A stretch of DNA of 64,000 bases from a virus (Duplodnaviria > Caudoviricetes). Each line of letters begins with the position of its first letter. Positions within the stretch are counted from its first letter, which is position 1. Positions 26,419 to 35,416 of the stretch are shown here, piece after piece. The position numbers and the translations under genes were made by a program. Location: IMG/VR virus record IMGVR_UViG_3300037721_000031, positions 202,567-266,566 of that record; one strand, written 5' to 3'. Under the pieces are notes generated by a model. That model did no database searches, was not told the DNA's origin, and worked only from the letters and a program-made list of their open reading frames with translations.

Positions 26419-27627
26419 TTAAACTGCTGGAGAAGGATATTTAACAGCAGGGTGTGGATTATATCCCAATACTTGAAATTCACAATCGTTGATTCCAGAC
26501 CAATCAGTATCATTACCTGTATTAGTAATCAGAAGTACTGGATACTGACGAGGAGTCCGTTCCATTTGTTCTTTAAACAACTCAATTTGATTAACATAAA
26601 CATGTGCATCACCCACCACATGGATGAAATCACCAGGCATCATGTCTGTTTTAAGAGCAATGAGTTGAAGAAGAGCCGCATAGCTAGCGATGTTAAAGGG
26701 CGCGCCAAGGGGAGTGTCCATGCTGCGCTGGTATAGTTGCATCGATAAACGCTTGAGTGGCAACCAATTACCAACGTAATCATCATCACTCACTAGTTCT
26801 TTAAAATTATGAAACTCTACAGAAACCTGTTGATGAAGATTAGAGAAATGTGTTGTCTTCTTACTCTGATCATCTAGTTCGTCAAGAGACGCATTAGCGT
26901 CACGCATGCTTTCAAACTTAGCTTTGGCAACGTGAATATCGAAGTCAATCGCCTTAAGAATATTCTCGTAATTTGCAGTACGATTCTCAATAGCTTCTTT
27001 ACGTGACATTTCTTCCACAAACAACTGAAAGAATGTGTGACATGCAGCTAGAGCTTGACGACCATTAGCGGCATTCTGTTTCGGACTAACAGTCTCATCA
27101 GGTAATACAGAAGGAGCCCATGCAGACACAAGGTGACGACGTGAGAACGGACGAATCCTCAGGTCATTCAAGAGACCTTGTAACTGATCAATAGGTTTGT
27201 AACTAGGATCACTAACTAGCTGCATGATAACATCGTAAACGCCAGACCCAGTATTTACAGCTGACTGCATCGCGTTTTGCAATACATTAACTGGTACTCC
27301 ATTCGGGAAACGACGCCAGATTTCACCGTAGATAGGACCACAATCGCCATTCTCAGCAGCCCATTCATCCCAGATATGAACGTTCTTATCAGTCAACGTC
27401 TTGATATTGGTTTCACCATTGATAAACCACTTGAGTTCTTCAAAGATACCACGGGTAAATACCTTCTTAGTAGTGATAAGAGGGAACTCACCCTTAGATA
27501 GGTTAAACCTCATCTGGTGACCAATAATACCTACCGTATTAATGCCGGTACGATTTACCTTCAAGCGCCCGTCCTTCAAGATACGGCGGCCGAGTTCTTC
27601 GTACTGTGAATAGTTAGAGTTGTCCAT
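26419..27627 (-). CDS. thyA: thymidylate synthase with large insertions
   Basis: NRTG, FPLITTKK, EELKWFI-G, IW-EW, GPIYG--WR, SRR-LVSAW, catalytic ACH, LYQRSMD, PFNIASY, GDAH-Y-NQ. Confidence 0.95.
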   Translation of the reverse strand: MDNSNYSQYEELGRRILKDGRLKVNRTGINTVGIIGHQMRFNLSKGEFPLITTKKVFTRGIFEELKWFINGETNIKTLTDKNVHIWDEWAAENGDCGPIYGEIWRRFPNGVPVNVLQNAMQSAVNTGSGVYDVIMQLVSDPSYKPIDQLQGLLNDLRIRPFSRRHLVSAWAPSVLPDETVSPKQNAANGRQALAACHTFFQLFVEEMSRKEAIENRTANYENILKAIDFDIHVAKAKFESMRDANASLDELDDQSKKTTHFSNLHQQVSVEFHNFKELVSDDDYVGNWLPLKRLSMQLYQRSMDTPLGAPFNIASYAALLQLIALKTDMMPGDFIHVVGDAHVYVNQIELFKEQMERTPRQYPVLLITNTGNDTDWSGINDCEFQVLGYNPHPAVKYPSPAV

Positions 27628-27644
27628 ATTTAGTATTCCTTTAC

Positions 27645-28772
27645 TTACTTAGTAGGTCTGAATGCTTCTAAGATATATTGATTAATGTTCTGCCGGAGTT
27701 GTTGTGTTCCACTGTACGTAATAGCAATATCAGTTAGTTCACTAACAATCCTAGCAATCTCATGATCTTTGAAATCTGTACGTGTCCTTACAACTGTTCC
27801 AGATACGTTTGGAATTAAATAGGTAACGCCACTATAATTGACTTTCTCGGAATTTACTTCTTGCTCCTTACTCTGAATAGGTTTCTTATTAAAAGTCTCA
27901 GGAGTATTATTCTGAAGAAATTCACAATGCCCACCGTAGGCTTTACTCCACTCGTTGTAAGCTGTACTTATTTCTTCATCTAATTGACTAAATGCACTCT
28001 CATCAGGCGTAATCAACCTATTATAAAGCCTGTCACGTGAGAGACGTACTTCGTTCAACTTATTTGATAGCGACTCAAGAGTTTGTTCATACTGTCTACG
28101 ACGAGAGAAGTATGTTTCCTCAAGAACCATACTCTCTACAAACTTATTACAGCTAGCTACCAGCTCATCAACTGTACCATTATTCTCAATAATGGTAACA
28201 CGAGAAGAATCATCGGCTAGTCTAGTTACAGTACGTTCAGACATACCTTTACTAATACGTTGCTTGATATCTGATTCTAGATTATCGAGATGATTAGCAC
28301 CACTACGTGCGGAAATTCTACTGTTTGCAATGCTTTGATCAGCTCTAACATAGATCACGTGATCTGGATCAAAGCTTTTCAATATTTCTTTATGGATTGC
28401 TTTTACTTCTGAGAGCAATTGACGACCATATCCTTGATAGGCATAAGTGGAATCAATGAATCGATCTGTCAGGACAATCGCACCACGCTTCAAAGCAGGG
28501 ATAATTACTTCATGAATGGTCTCATTATGAGAAGCTAAGAACAACAGGAGTTCTGAAGTAGGTTGTAATACATTGTTTAAAAGAATCTCTCTTAGCTTCT
28601 CACCAGTCGGTGTACCACCAGGTGCTCTAAAAGTTACCAGTTCGTGATGTGGAAACTTCTTCTTAATAGCATCTGCTACGATTTTCGTAGTATCGGTCTT
28701 CCCGCAGCCGTCTACACCTTCTACGGCCAAAAACACACCAGGGTATCTATTACCCTTAGACGTAATATTCAT
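27645..28772 (-). CDS. tmk: thymidylate kinase with ~160-aa C-terminal extension
   Basis: P-loop EGVDGCGKT, R-PGGT, DRFIDSTYAYQG. Confidence 0.9.
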   Translation of the reverse strand: MNITSKGNRYPGVFLAVEGVDGCGKTDTTKIVADAIKKKFPHHELVTFRAPGGTPTGEKLREILLNNVLQPTSELLLFLASHNETIHEVIIPALKRGAIVLTDRFIDSTYAYQGYGRQLLSEVKAIHKEILKSFDPDHVIYVRADQSIANSRISARSGANHLDNLESDIKQRISKGMSERTVTRLADDSSRVTIIENNGTVDELVASCNKFVESMVLEETYFSRRRQYEQTLESLSNKLNEVRLSRDRLYNRLITPDESAFSQLDEEISTAYNEWSKAYGGHCEFLQNNTPETFNKKPIQSKEQEVNSEKVNYSGVTYLIPNVSGTVVRTRTDFKDHEIARIVSELTDIAITYSGTQQLRQNINQYILEAFRPTK

Positions 28773-28895
28773 TTGTTTATCCTACAGAGTAATTTAGCTA
28801 TACAAATTTATTATCTTTCTTATCCACACATAAGGTAGTCATTTCGTGTAAAAAAAGTTAGTCTGTATAAAAGACGGCAAAAAAAAATAAATGAG

Positions 28896-28922
28896 AGCAC
28901 TAGGGGGTAACCCCCTAGTGCT
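28896..28922. terminator. stem-loop terminator
   Basis: AGCACTAGGGGG-taa-CCCCCTAGTGCT; T-run on the minus strand. Confidence 0.8.
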
Positions 28923-28939
28923 TCCAAAACCAACCACGA

Positions 28940-29764
28940 CTAGCTCTTGATAGGATCGTGAAAAGCTGCTGAAGCCCTATCACGAAGTCCACTGCGGATT
29001 GGATGCATTGTGGCAGTTGGCGCCGGCTTTGCAGGGATGCCGCGATACGCGTATTCCGTAACGCTATTTGCCTGCTTGGCCAAAGCAGAAAAACGACGTG
29101 TGAAAATAGCAATCTTCAAATCACTCACCTGCACGTAGCCCGTGGCTGGTTCGATATCAATCAGGCCATTCGGTGCAGCATGAGTGATCGACAACTCATG
29201 ACTGTCACCGATGACTAGTGCGCGCCAAGTATAGTTAGTTGTCAGAGCAGCAACCTTACTACGCACTCGGTCCATCGACAGAAAGTGAGCGTTACCACTC
29301 TGATCGATCACCGCCATCTGTGATGCGAAGTAAGAGAAGTTCTGTCCACGTGTTCTGGCCATACTGGAGTTTGCATCCACGTCATTGACGTGAAGCAAAT
29401 AGTCAGTCAGGTTGTACGATGAACTACCAGAGATAACTTTCACGGCAGCCAGAAGTATGTCGTGAACCAGCGTCAGATTCGAGTTGATCGGACGATGTAC
29501 TTCGCCGTCGAACCAGAGGTTGTTCACGCCAGTCAAAGCGTGGCCAGATAGTGCTTCGTAGACAACTTCTTGAGCCAAGTCCACAGTGCGCATTACACCA
29601 TCGCCGCTGGTGAGTATTGTCGGCTGCATTGCGACAACTGCTGATGTCTTCTGCGAGCCAGGCTGCGCATGCGGAAGATGCCAGCCATTTCCACCCTTGG
29701 CCTCCGCAGCAATCTTCATGTTGGCCAGTGTTTGGGTGAACTTACCGAGATTCATGATCGACAT
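28940..29764 (-). CDS. hypothetical protein, 274 aa (GC-richer, probably early)
   Basis: SD AGGAG; long ORF. Confidence 0.85.
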   Translation of the reverse strand: MSIMNLGKFTQTLANMKIAAEAKGGNGWHLPHAQPGSQKTSAVVAMQPTILTSGDGVMRTVDLAQEVVYEALSGHALTGVNNLWFDGEVHRPINSNLTLVHDILLAAVKVISGSSSYNLTDYLLHVNDVDANSSMARTRGQNFSYFASQMAVIDQSGNAHFLSMDRVRSKVAALTTNYTWRALVIGDSHELSITHAAPNGLIDIEPATGYVQVSDLKIAIFTRRFSALAKQANSVTEYAYRGIPAKPAPTATMHPIRSGLRDRASAAFHDPIKS

Positions 29765-29865
29765 TATATCTCCTGAGAAATAGTGAACTTACCATGCTGT
29801 AAGACTCTATTGCATGTCTTACAGCATGGTATTTGAGTTAGGGTCTATCACTAGACCCTAATCTG

Positions 29866-30156
29866 TTAGCCCTGATCCGGACTCAGTGCAGTGATATTGT
29901 ACGGGCTTGTCTTCATGATAAGATCAAAACCCCGCCTGCAAGAATCTGTTGCATTCTCCATGGCTTCACATGCTGCATTAGACGCCATGATGTCGACACC
30001 TTGTGCAGCTATGTACATATGTGCGATTGCTTGACCGAGCTTGAAGTGACGAGTAGTTGGAGATTCAGATTGATGAGCCATGATCCGAGCCTGAATGTCC
30101 AAAGAGGCACTGGATTGAGCCTGCCCTGAAGAGGATTGATTTTGATCCATGTACAT
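29866..30156 (-). CDS. hypothetical protein, 96 aa
   Basis: SD GAAAGG. Confidence 0.7.
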   Translation of the reverse strand: MYMDQNQSSSGQAQSSASLDIQARIMAHQSESPTTRHFKLGQAIAHMYIAAQGVDIMASNAACEAMENATDSCRRGFDLIMKTSPYNITALSPDQG

Positions 30157-30237
30157 GATTTACCTTTCGATGTGAGTGAGTAAAAGAGTAATAACCTGTG
30201 AAATCTTAGTCGGATTTCACCACATGAGAGTCAATGT

Positions 30238-30327
30238 CTACTTCTTCCAATTCTTGTAGATCATGACACCAGCAGCGAGAGCAACCCAACCGATCAAACC
30301 AATAATACCAATTTGTACTGCATCCAT
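30238..30327 (-). CDS. 29-aa single-pass membrane micro-protein (not in ORF track)
   Basis: MDAVQIGIIGLIGWVALAAGVMIYKNWKK; SD AGGAGAAAA; basic C-terminal stop-transfer. Confidence 0.7.
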   Translation of the reverse strand: MDAVQIGIIGLIGWVALAAGVMIYKNWKK

Positions 30328-30403
30328 AATTTTCTCCTAGATGTTAATTTCAGAACTAGAGGGACTTACAGACAGGTGTTTAAACACCTGTCTGTTTTAT
30401 CAA

Positions 30404-30961
30404 TCAGAAATTGTCTTTGAGGTACTTATCGATCTTCTGGTTTTTCTCCTCTTGATAAATAGCGTCTGCCGCATGCCTGAAAGATTCCAGGTCCATGGAT
30501 TTATTCGAATGCATTTTAGATACAGCATCCAAATAGTCCACAGTGGAAAACGCAGCAGCATCATTCACACAGATCAGAATGTACGCGAAAGACTCCAGCA
30601 ACACCTGACGGTCTTTCATGCCGGTAGGTAGATGTATCAGACGAACGGTCAGATCAATCCCTGATGAATGATTGTCTTCAAAAGAAACATGAAAACAATC
30701 CTCATTAAGAGTACCGGCAACCGAGTATCTGATATTGCTCAACAGAGACCAACGCAAAGTCTCTTTTCTACGCGGAGACTGAAGAATATCGTCGTGGATC
30801 TGCGAGATACGACCATGGCACAAGACGTCGTTCACATTACTCTTGAATACGCCATCGGGAAACAGCCTATCAAGCCAGCGACTAACTGTTCTGCCGGAGT
30901 TCCCGGTCAGTGCCGCAATGCGAAAAGACTCTGTGATCAAATCAATCTTGACTGCATTCAT
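30404..30961 (-). CDS. hypothetical protein, 185 aa
   Basis: SD AAGGAG. Confidence 0.8.
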   Translation of the reverse strand: MNAVKIDLITESFRIAALTGNSGRTVSRWLDRLFPDGVFKSNVNDVLCHGRISQIHDDILQSPRRKETLRWSLLSNIRYSVAGTLNEDCFHVSFEDNHSSGIDLTVRLIHLPTGMKDRQVLLESFAYILICVNDAAAFSTVDYLDAVSKMHSNKSMDLESFRHAADAIYQEEKNQKIDKYLKDNF

Positions 30962-31058
30962 TTTGAACTCCTTGTTAAATTGGATGATTTAGAATAAATC
31001 ACTTAAACATAAACATTCTCTACACTGCAGACACAGGGTATCCACAGTAGAAAGCTCG

Positions 31059-31283
31059 TTACTCTTCAATGTTCAAGCGCTTGGGAGCTTCCCTGAATTC
31101 AGGTTGACGACCCCACCGAATGATAGTGTCTTGCTTGTACTTGACGAAATGCACGACATTACAAACACTGAATACAATGTCGTTGCTCTTATCCAATTGC
31201 CACTTGAAGAGCCAATACGCGAAGCGCAGTCTGTTTACAGCTACCCATGCCTTCAACTTCATACGGAGAATAAAGAAATTCAT
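31059..31283 (-). CDS. hypothetical phage protein, 74 aa
   Basis: Co-oriented ORF between hairpins. Confidence 0.65.
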   Translation of the reverse strand: MNFFILRMKLKAWVAVNRLRFAYWLFKWQLDKSNDIVFSVCNVVHFVKYKQDTIIRWGRQPEFREAPKRLNIEE

Positions 31284-31362
31284 GTGTCGCTTTCAAAATG
31301 AGGTTTCAGAAGACTAGGTGGTTACTAGTGGGTATGTCTGAATATACCCACTAGCATTCTGC

Positions 31363-31638
31363 TCAATGTATCAAAGAAGACCAGGCAATGAATTCAGCTT
31401 TCACAAGAGTCGCATGACTATCTTGTTCAGCAGCTTCCAAAGTTTCTAAGCATGCTAAAAGCCAGCCTAGAAATTGACCTAGAGTCAAACCTTTCATGTA
31501 ACCTTTTACTGGGCGGGTACACCACAGTGCAGGGTACATCATGACTCCGGTATCAGTCCTGGTTTCCGTAAAATGGATAGCGCTCTTGTATTCTTCAGAA
31601 TTTTTATCCAGATTAGAAATTCTTGAGGCAAGATTCAT
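31363..31638 (-). CDS. hypothetical protein, 91 aa
   Basis: SD AGAGGTG. Confidence 0.75.
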   Translation of the reverse strand: MNLASRISNLDKNSEEYKSAIHFTETRTDTGVMMYPALWCTRPVKGYMKGLTLGQFLGWLLACLETLEAAEQDSHATLVKAEFIAWSSLIH

Positions 31639-31686
31639 GATTCACCTCTTACTGTTAGAGTGCCTTGAGAGACTTTTTTGTATCTG

Positions 31687-31932
31687 TTACTTGGCTTCGC
31701 AAAGTTCCTTGCGTACGAGACGAACCGGCTCAGTGTCTGTGGCCGGAATACCGCACAGCTCCACCTGGAAGTTGGCCACGGTGATGGTCAGCATCTGGTA
31801 GGGGGCCGGCTTAGAAATGTTCAACCCGACTTGCTTCAGAGACTCTTGAGTCAAAGGTTCTGAGGCCTGGGTGGCGGACGTTGCCATGATGAGAGCGGCA
31901 ACCATGGCGATGGACTTGGTGATGTTACGCAT
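31687..31932 (-). CDS. small exported protein with Sec signal peptide and 2 Cys
   Basis: MRNITKSIAMVAALIMATSATQA|SEP; SD GGAG. Confidence 0.75.
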   Translation of the reverse strand: MRNITKSIAMVAALIMATSATQASEPLTQESLKQVGLNISKPAPYQMLTITVANFQVELCGIPATDTEPVRLVRKELCEAK

Positions 31933-31987
31933 GATGATTCTCCAGATGAGGAAGTTGATGTTTCGTTGAGTGACAGGTAACGTTGGA

Positions 31988-32182
31988 TTAGCGCTTGTTC
32001 TTGGACGACTTACGACCCATCAGGGTTGCTGCTACGGCGAAGACGACAACAGCGATCGCCACTGCACCGACACCGGCATAAATGCCGTTGATCGGGAGCT
32101 GGGTGTTCATGATCGACGTCTCACGAGGAGTAGCCGAACTGCAGAACATGCAAACGGACTGGGTGGTAGCTTGGGTGGTCAT
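31988..32182 (-). CDS. small membrane protein with C-terminal TM helix and basic tail
   Basis: GIYAGVGAVAIAVVVFAVAATLMGRKSSKNKR; leader CTTGAAAGAATCAA. Confidence 0.7.
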   Translation of the reverse strand: MTTQATTQSVCMFCSSATPRETSIMNTQLPINGIYAGVGAVAIAVVVFAVAATLMGRKSSKNKR

Positions 32183-32248
32183 TTGATTCTTTCAAGTGAT
32201 TGATGACGGAGTGTAACTGGACGGACAAACAGATAACCGACTACTGAA

Positions 32249-32530
32249 TTACAGCTTACGCACTACAGTAGCAGGACCATGAAATTTCTTCTCGAGCCAA
32301 TTCATGAATGCCGAAGAAGTGATCTGGTGCATACGCAGATTGCACCGCAACTCACGACCGGCTTTATTGGAAAGCTTTTCGAATTCACGGAAGTATTGGT
32401 CTGCGATATCTTTACGCATGTCGTATTGAGGCAGGTCTTTATATCGCTCTGCAAACTTACTTGAAGCATGTGCAAGTTTGTGAATATTAATCGCTTTTTT
32501 CACAAGTTTCTTGTAACGATGCATTCCCAT
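32249..32530 (-). CDS. basic hypothetical protein, 93 aa
   Basis: SD AAAGGAAA. Confidence 0.75.
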   Translation of the reverse strand: MGMHRYKKLVKKAINIHKLAHASSKFAERYKDLPQYDMRKDIADQYFREFEKLSNKAGRELRCNLRMHQITSSAFMNWLEKKFHGPATVVRKL

Positions 32531-32605
32531 AATGTTTCCTTTTCTGGTTGGATTAAGTGGTCATTATAGTTATTAGACTCTAATGACCACCAATGCATTG
32601 ACGAA

Positions 32606-33214
32606 TCACTCTTCCTTGAAGGTAATCACTGGAGTGAGCTTCTTGACAGACGTGATCTTGCGATGGTAAGTATCTTCATGGTCGTTTGCTTCATGCTTGA
32701 TACGCACAAAACGAATGACCTCGCCGCCACTTTCATCAAGCACCATGTCGACGCCGGATGAACGGAGCTTCTCGTGCAGATGTTCCTTGGGCATGTGGCT
32801 GAAGCAATGTTCCCACGCTTCGAACATCATTGCTGTGATCGGTGACTGAACACCGTCGGAACGCCAGCAGCTATCGTGATTACTGGTATTCTTCCAGCTT
32901 TCCAACGGGATGTCCTTGAGCCCAAATGCCTTACCATTCACAATGGCCAGGAACACACGGTGATCACCAGTAATCAAGAAGTGCATTTCCTTCCTGAAAT
33001 GACGCTTCCACTCCGGACGACGGGTGCTGCCATCAATCTCATAGCCACTGTTTTCTGCCGACACCACCAATACCAGATGCAGAGCGACGCTGTAATCCTT
33101 CACGAAATCATTGTCAGCGTAGTAGCGCTTATCTTCCTTGCACAGCACCATGTTCTGACGACGCACTTGGTCGTAGATATTGGAAATGGCGTCGGCGAAG
33201 TTGTAGGAGATCAT
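32606..33214 (-). CDS. hypothetical protein, 202 aa (GC-richer)
   Basis: SD AAAGGA. Confidence 0.8.
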   Translation of the reverse strand: MISYNFADAISNIYDQVRRQNMVLCKEDKRYYADNDFVKDYSVALHLVLVVSAENSGYEIDGSTRRPEWKRHFRKEMHFLITGDHRVFLAIVNGKAFGLKDIPLESWKNTSNHDSCWRSDGVQSPITAMMFEAWEHCFSHMPKEHLHEKLRSSGVDMVLDESGGEVIRFVRIKHEANDHEDTYHRKITSVKKLTPVITFKEE

Positions 33215-33287
33215 AATCTATTTCCTTTGGAGTGGCATTAGTCACTCTTGTGTTAGAATGACTAATATGTCGTTGATGAGACCAGGC

Positions 33288-33794
33288 TTAGAACTTCCTG
33301 AATACTGTCAGATGTGCAACACCGTCGGTGTCCTTAGAGATCGGTGGCGTAATCAAGACATTCATGGTGTATTTCTTGTCCAAAGACTTTCTGATAATGA
33401 AACCACCCATAGGCGTGACCTCATAACCAGTCACACTACGGTATCCGGTTACAGCACCTGCAAACGCACCGTAGTGCTCAGAGAGCATCCACTCCCTGGC
33501 AATATACGCCGCCGGTTTACGATATGAATTGTAATACATACCGGCAGACAGACCTTCCATCAAGCCAGAGTCCCAACGGTAGCCAAACCCTATGTTTAAG
33601 TTGTTATATCCAGGGATCTCACGAGTACGAACAGTCTTTCTTCCAGACGGGCTGACTGTTTCCGAAGTCTCAGTACTGTCACTGTTATGAGCAGAGTGCA
33701 GTGACACAGTGTGGATGATCAGTTCGTCTGCTTGAGCACTGACAGAGAAGCCAACGGCACACAAAAGAATAGCAATGATGCGAAACATTTTCAT
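33288..33794 (-). CDS. PagP-like outer-membrane beta-barrel protein
   Basis: Signal peptide ...VSAQA|; HTVSLH, NNLNIGFGY, GMYYNSY, GAVTGY, C-terminal VAHLTVFRKF (terminal-Phe beta-signal). Confidence 0.65.
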   Translation of the reverse strand: MKMFRIIAILLCAVGFSVSAQADELIIHTVSLHSAHNSDSTETSETVSPSGRKTVRTREIPGYNNLNIGFGYRWDSGLMEGLSAGMYYNSYRKPAAYIAREWMLSEHYGAFAGAVTGYRSVTGYEVTPMGGFIIRKSLDKKYTMNVLITPPISKDTDGVAHLTVFRKF

Positions 33795-33922
33795 TCCTAA
33801 AGGTTGGGCACAACGTTACAAACTCTAGATAACACTTACGATTATTTATCTAGAGTTTGTACTCAAGTTGATCTATTATTATCTAGATCAACTTGGGCTT
33901 ATCTTACGTAATTATCAACAGA

Positions 33923-34537
33923 CTAGACGATTGGCTTCAAGCCAATATCGAAGAATCCTTCCAATTCAACCACAGTACCATCTTTCTTTTCCAACTTCAT
34001 CGGGTTCACACAGACTTCCATCTGGAAGTCATCCTTCAAAAGCTTCACGACCTTTTCACAGAAGTCAGCCAAAGCCTTACTTTCCAGAAGCATGTCTTTC
34101 TTCTTCAAGTCGACAACACCCTTAAAAGCATTACTGAGGAACATTGTGATGTCTTGATGCATCACCCAAACTTTGTCATCAGGAAGTGCTTCGATCTCAG
34201 CAACCGTCAGATTAGGAGCGACTTTCCAATTGGCAGAGTCATCCAACTGACCGTAACCTGCAGCCGGATACTGGTTGAACCATTGGCCAGATGCATGCTT
34301 CGAATTTTCTTCGGTGAAGATAAAGCCATCATGATTCGTTTCATTCTCGGGATCTTGATCCCAAGCCACCTTGTGATGTTCCTTGCAGGTGAGTTTCTTG
34401 ATCTCGATACCGTTAAGTGTATCGAGCCATGGCAGGTACACACTACCCCAGCGAGGTTCATTCCGAGTGAAGTTGATCCAGATGAAGAAGTACACAGCGC
34501 CAACAGTGTAACGCAGTTTTCTTTGAACTTGAGTCAT
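33923..34537 (-). CDS. hypothetical phage protein, 204 aa
   Basis: SD AAAAGGA. Confidence 0.8.
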   Translation of the reverse strand: MTQVQRKLRYTVGAVYFFIWINFTRNEPRWGSVYLPWLDTLNGIEIKKLTCKEHHKVAWDQDPENETNHDGFIFTEENSKHASGQWFNQYPAAGYGQLDDSANWKVAPNLTVAEIEALPDDKVWVMHQDITMFLSNAFKGVVDLKKKDMLLESKALADFCEKVVKLLKDDFQMEVCVNPMKLEKKDGTVVELEGFFDIGLKPIV

Positions 34538-34649
34538 AATGAGTCCTTTTGCGAAATGAAGTCAGTATCTATCGCAGACACTGACTGATTGATGATCACG
34601 GGATACTGATGTGTAAATTGACGACTACTGACTGATCTCTTCTTGAGTA

Positions 34650-34910
34650 TCAGGTCATGAAGTTCTTGAACGCCGGGACACCGAGAGAATTCAGAGTCCG
34701 ATACAATTCAGCAGCGTCGATGATGTTGTCGAAATCGGCATAGACGGTATCTTGCTTCAGAGGAGCCGGATTGCTCTTACTTCTCGTAAAGTATTTTGCA
34801 CATTCATTGTGCTTTTCGATCCAACTTTGATAAGTCGAGACCGTGAACTTCCGAACAGGTTGGTCACAGTCGATGTCATCGATTGCATCAGCAATGGGAA
34901 TGTTAGTCAT
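34650..34910 (-). CDS. hypothetical protein; stand-alone version of the C-terminal domain of 2603..3361
   Basis: T-STY...K-FTR-K...ADFD-I-DA-ELY--L-----PAFKN. Confidence 0.85.
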   Translation of the reverse strand: MTNIPIADAIDDIDCDQPVRKFTVSTYQSWIEKHNECAKYFTRSKSNPAPLKQDTVYADFDNIIDAAELYRTLNSLGVPAFKNFMT

Positions 34911-34996
34911 GATTGATTTCCTTGATTACTTAGATAATGGTTGAGAGCTACTTATGCCTAAACCATCACCGGTTAATAAATCGAGTATTTCCTTAC

Positions 34997-35416
34997 CTAG
35001 GTGCGGATGTCCCAGACGATCTCTTCTTCTGTCTGAACAGCATCCATTTCATTGAACACCTTACGGTAGCCTGGGACGTCCTTAAATTCATCCGGACACA
35101 TCCCGAGCTCGAAGTCTGACTTATCGACAATCTTCACTTCTTCAAGGATCTTGTCGATTTCTTCAGATTCAGGACCAGTGAAGCCGCTGTCAAGATAGAT
35201 ACCAAGGCCAGTGTTGAAGCGAGGACGAATGTACTTTTCGTTCTTGAGCACTCTCATAGCCGCTGTATCGACAATCAAAGCCTTTGCACGATCATCGACC
35301 ATTTCGATTCCAGCGATTTCAGCCCCTTTCATGTAACAAACACGGCATTCGCCAATGACTTGATTGTTACGGATGAGTAGAGTTGCACGACCAGTAGTGG
35401 AAACTGCACGAAACAT
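34997..35416 (-). CDS. hypothetical protein, VIGEC/DVxGY family copy 4
   Basis: Start moved to MFRAVST (SD AGGA); LLIRNNQVIGEC, DDRAKALI, FKDVPGY. Confidence 0.85.
   Translation of the reverse strand: MFRAVSTTGRATLLIRNNQVIGECRVCYMKGAEIAGIEMVDDRAKALIVDTAAMRVLKNEKYIRPRFNTGLGIYLDSGFTGPESEEIDKILEEVKIVDKSDFELGMCPDEFKDVPGYRKVFNEMDAVQTEEEIVWDIRT

Noticed and set aside
26752-27015. Intein or intron in thyA
   Set aside because: In-frame, no Cys/Ser start or His-Asn end, no endonuclease motif and no group I core elements
34207-34503. Second minus-strand frame inside 33923..34537
   Set aside because: Fully nested, no SD and atypical composition
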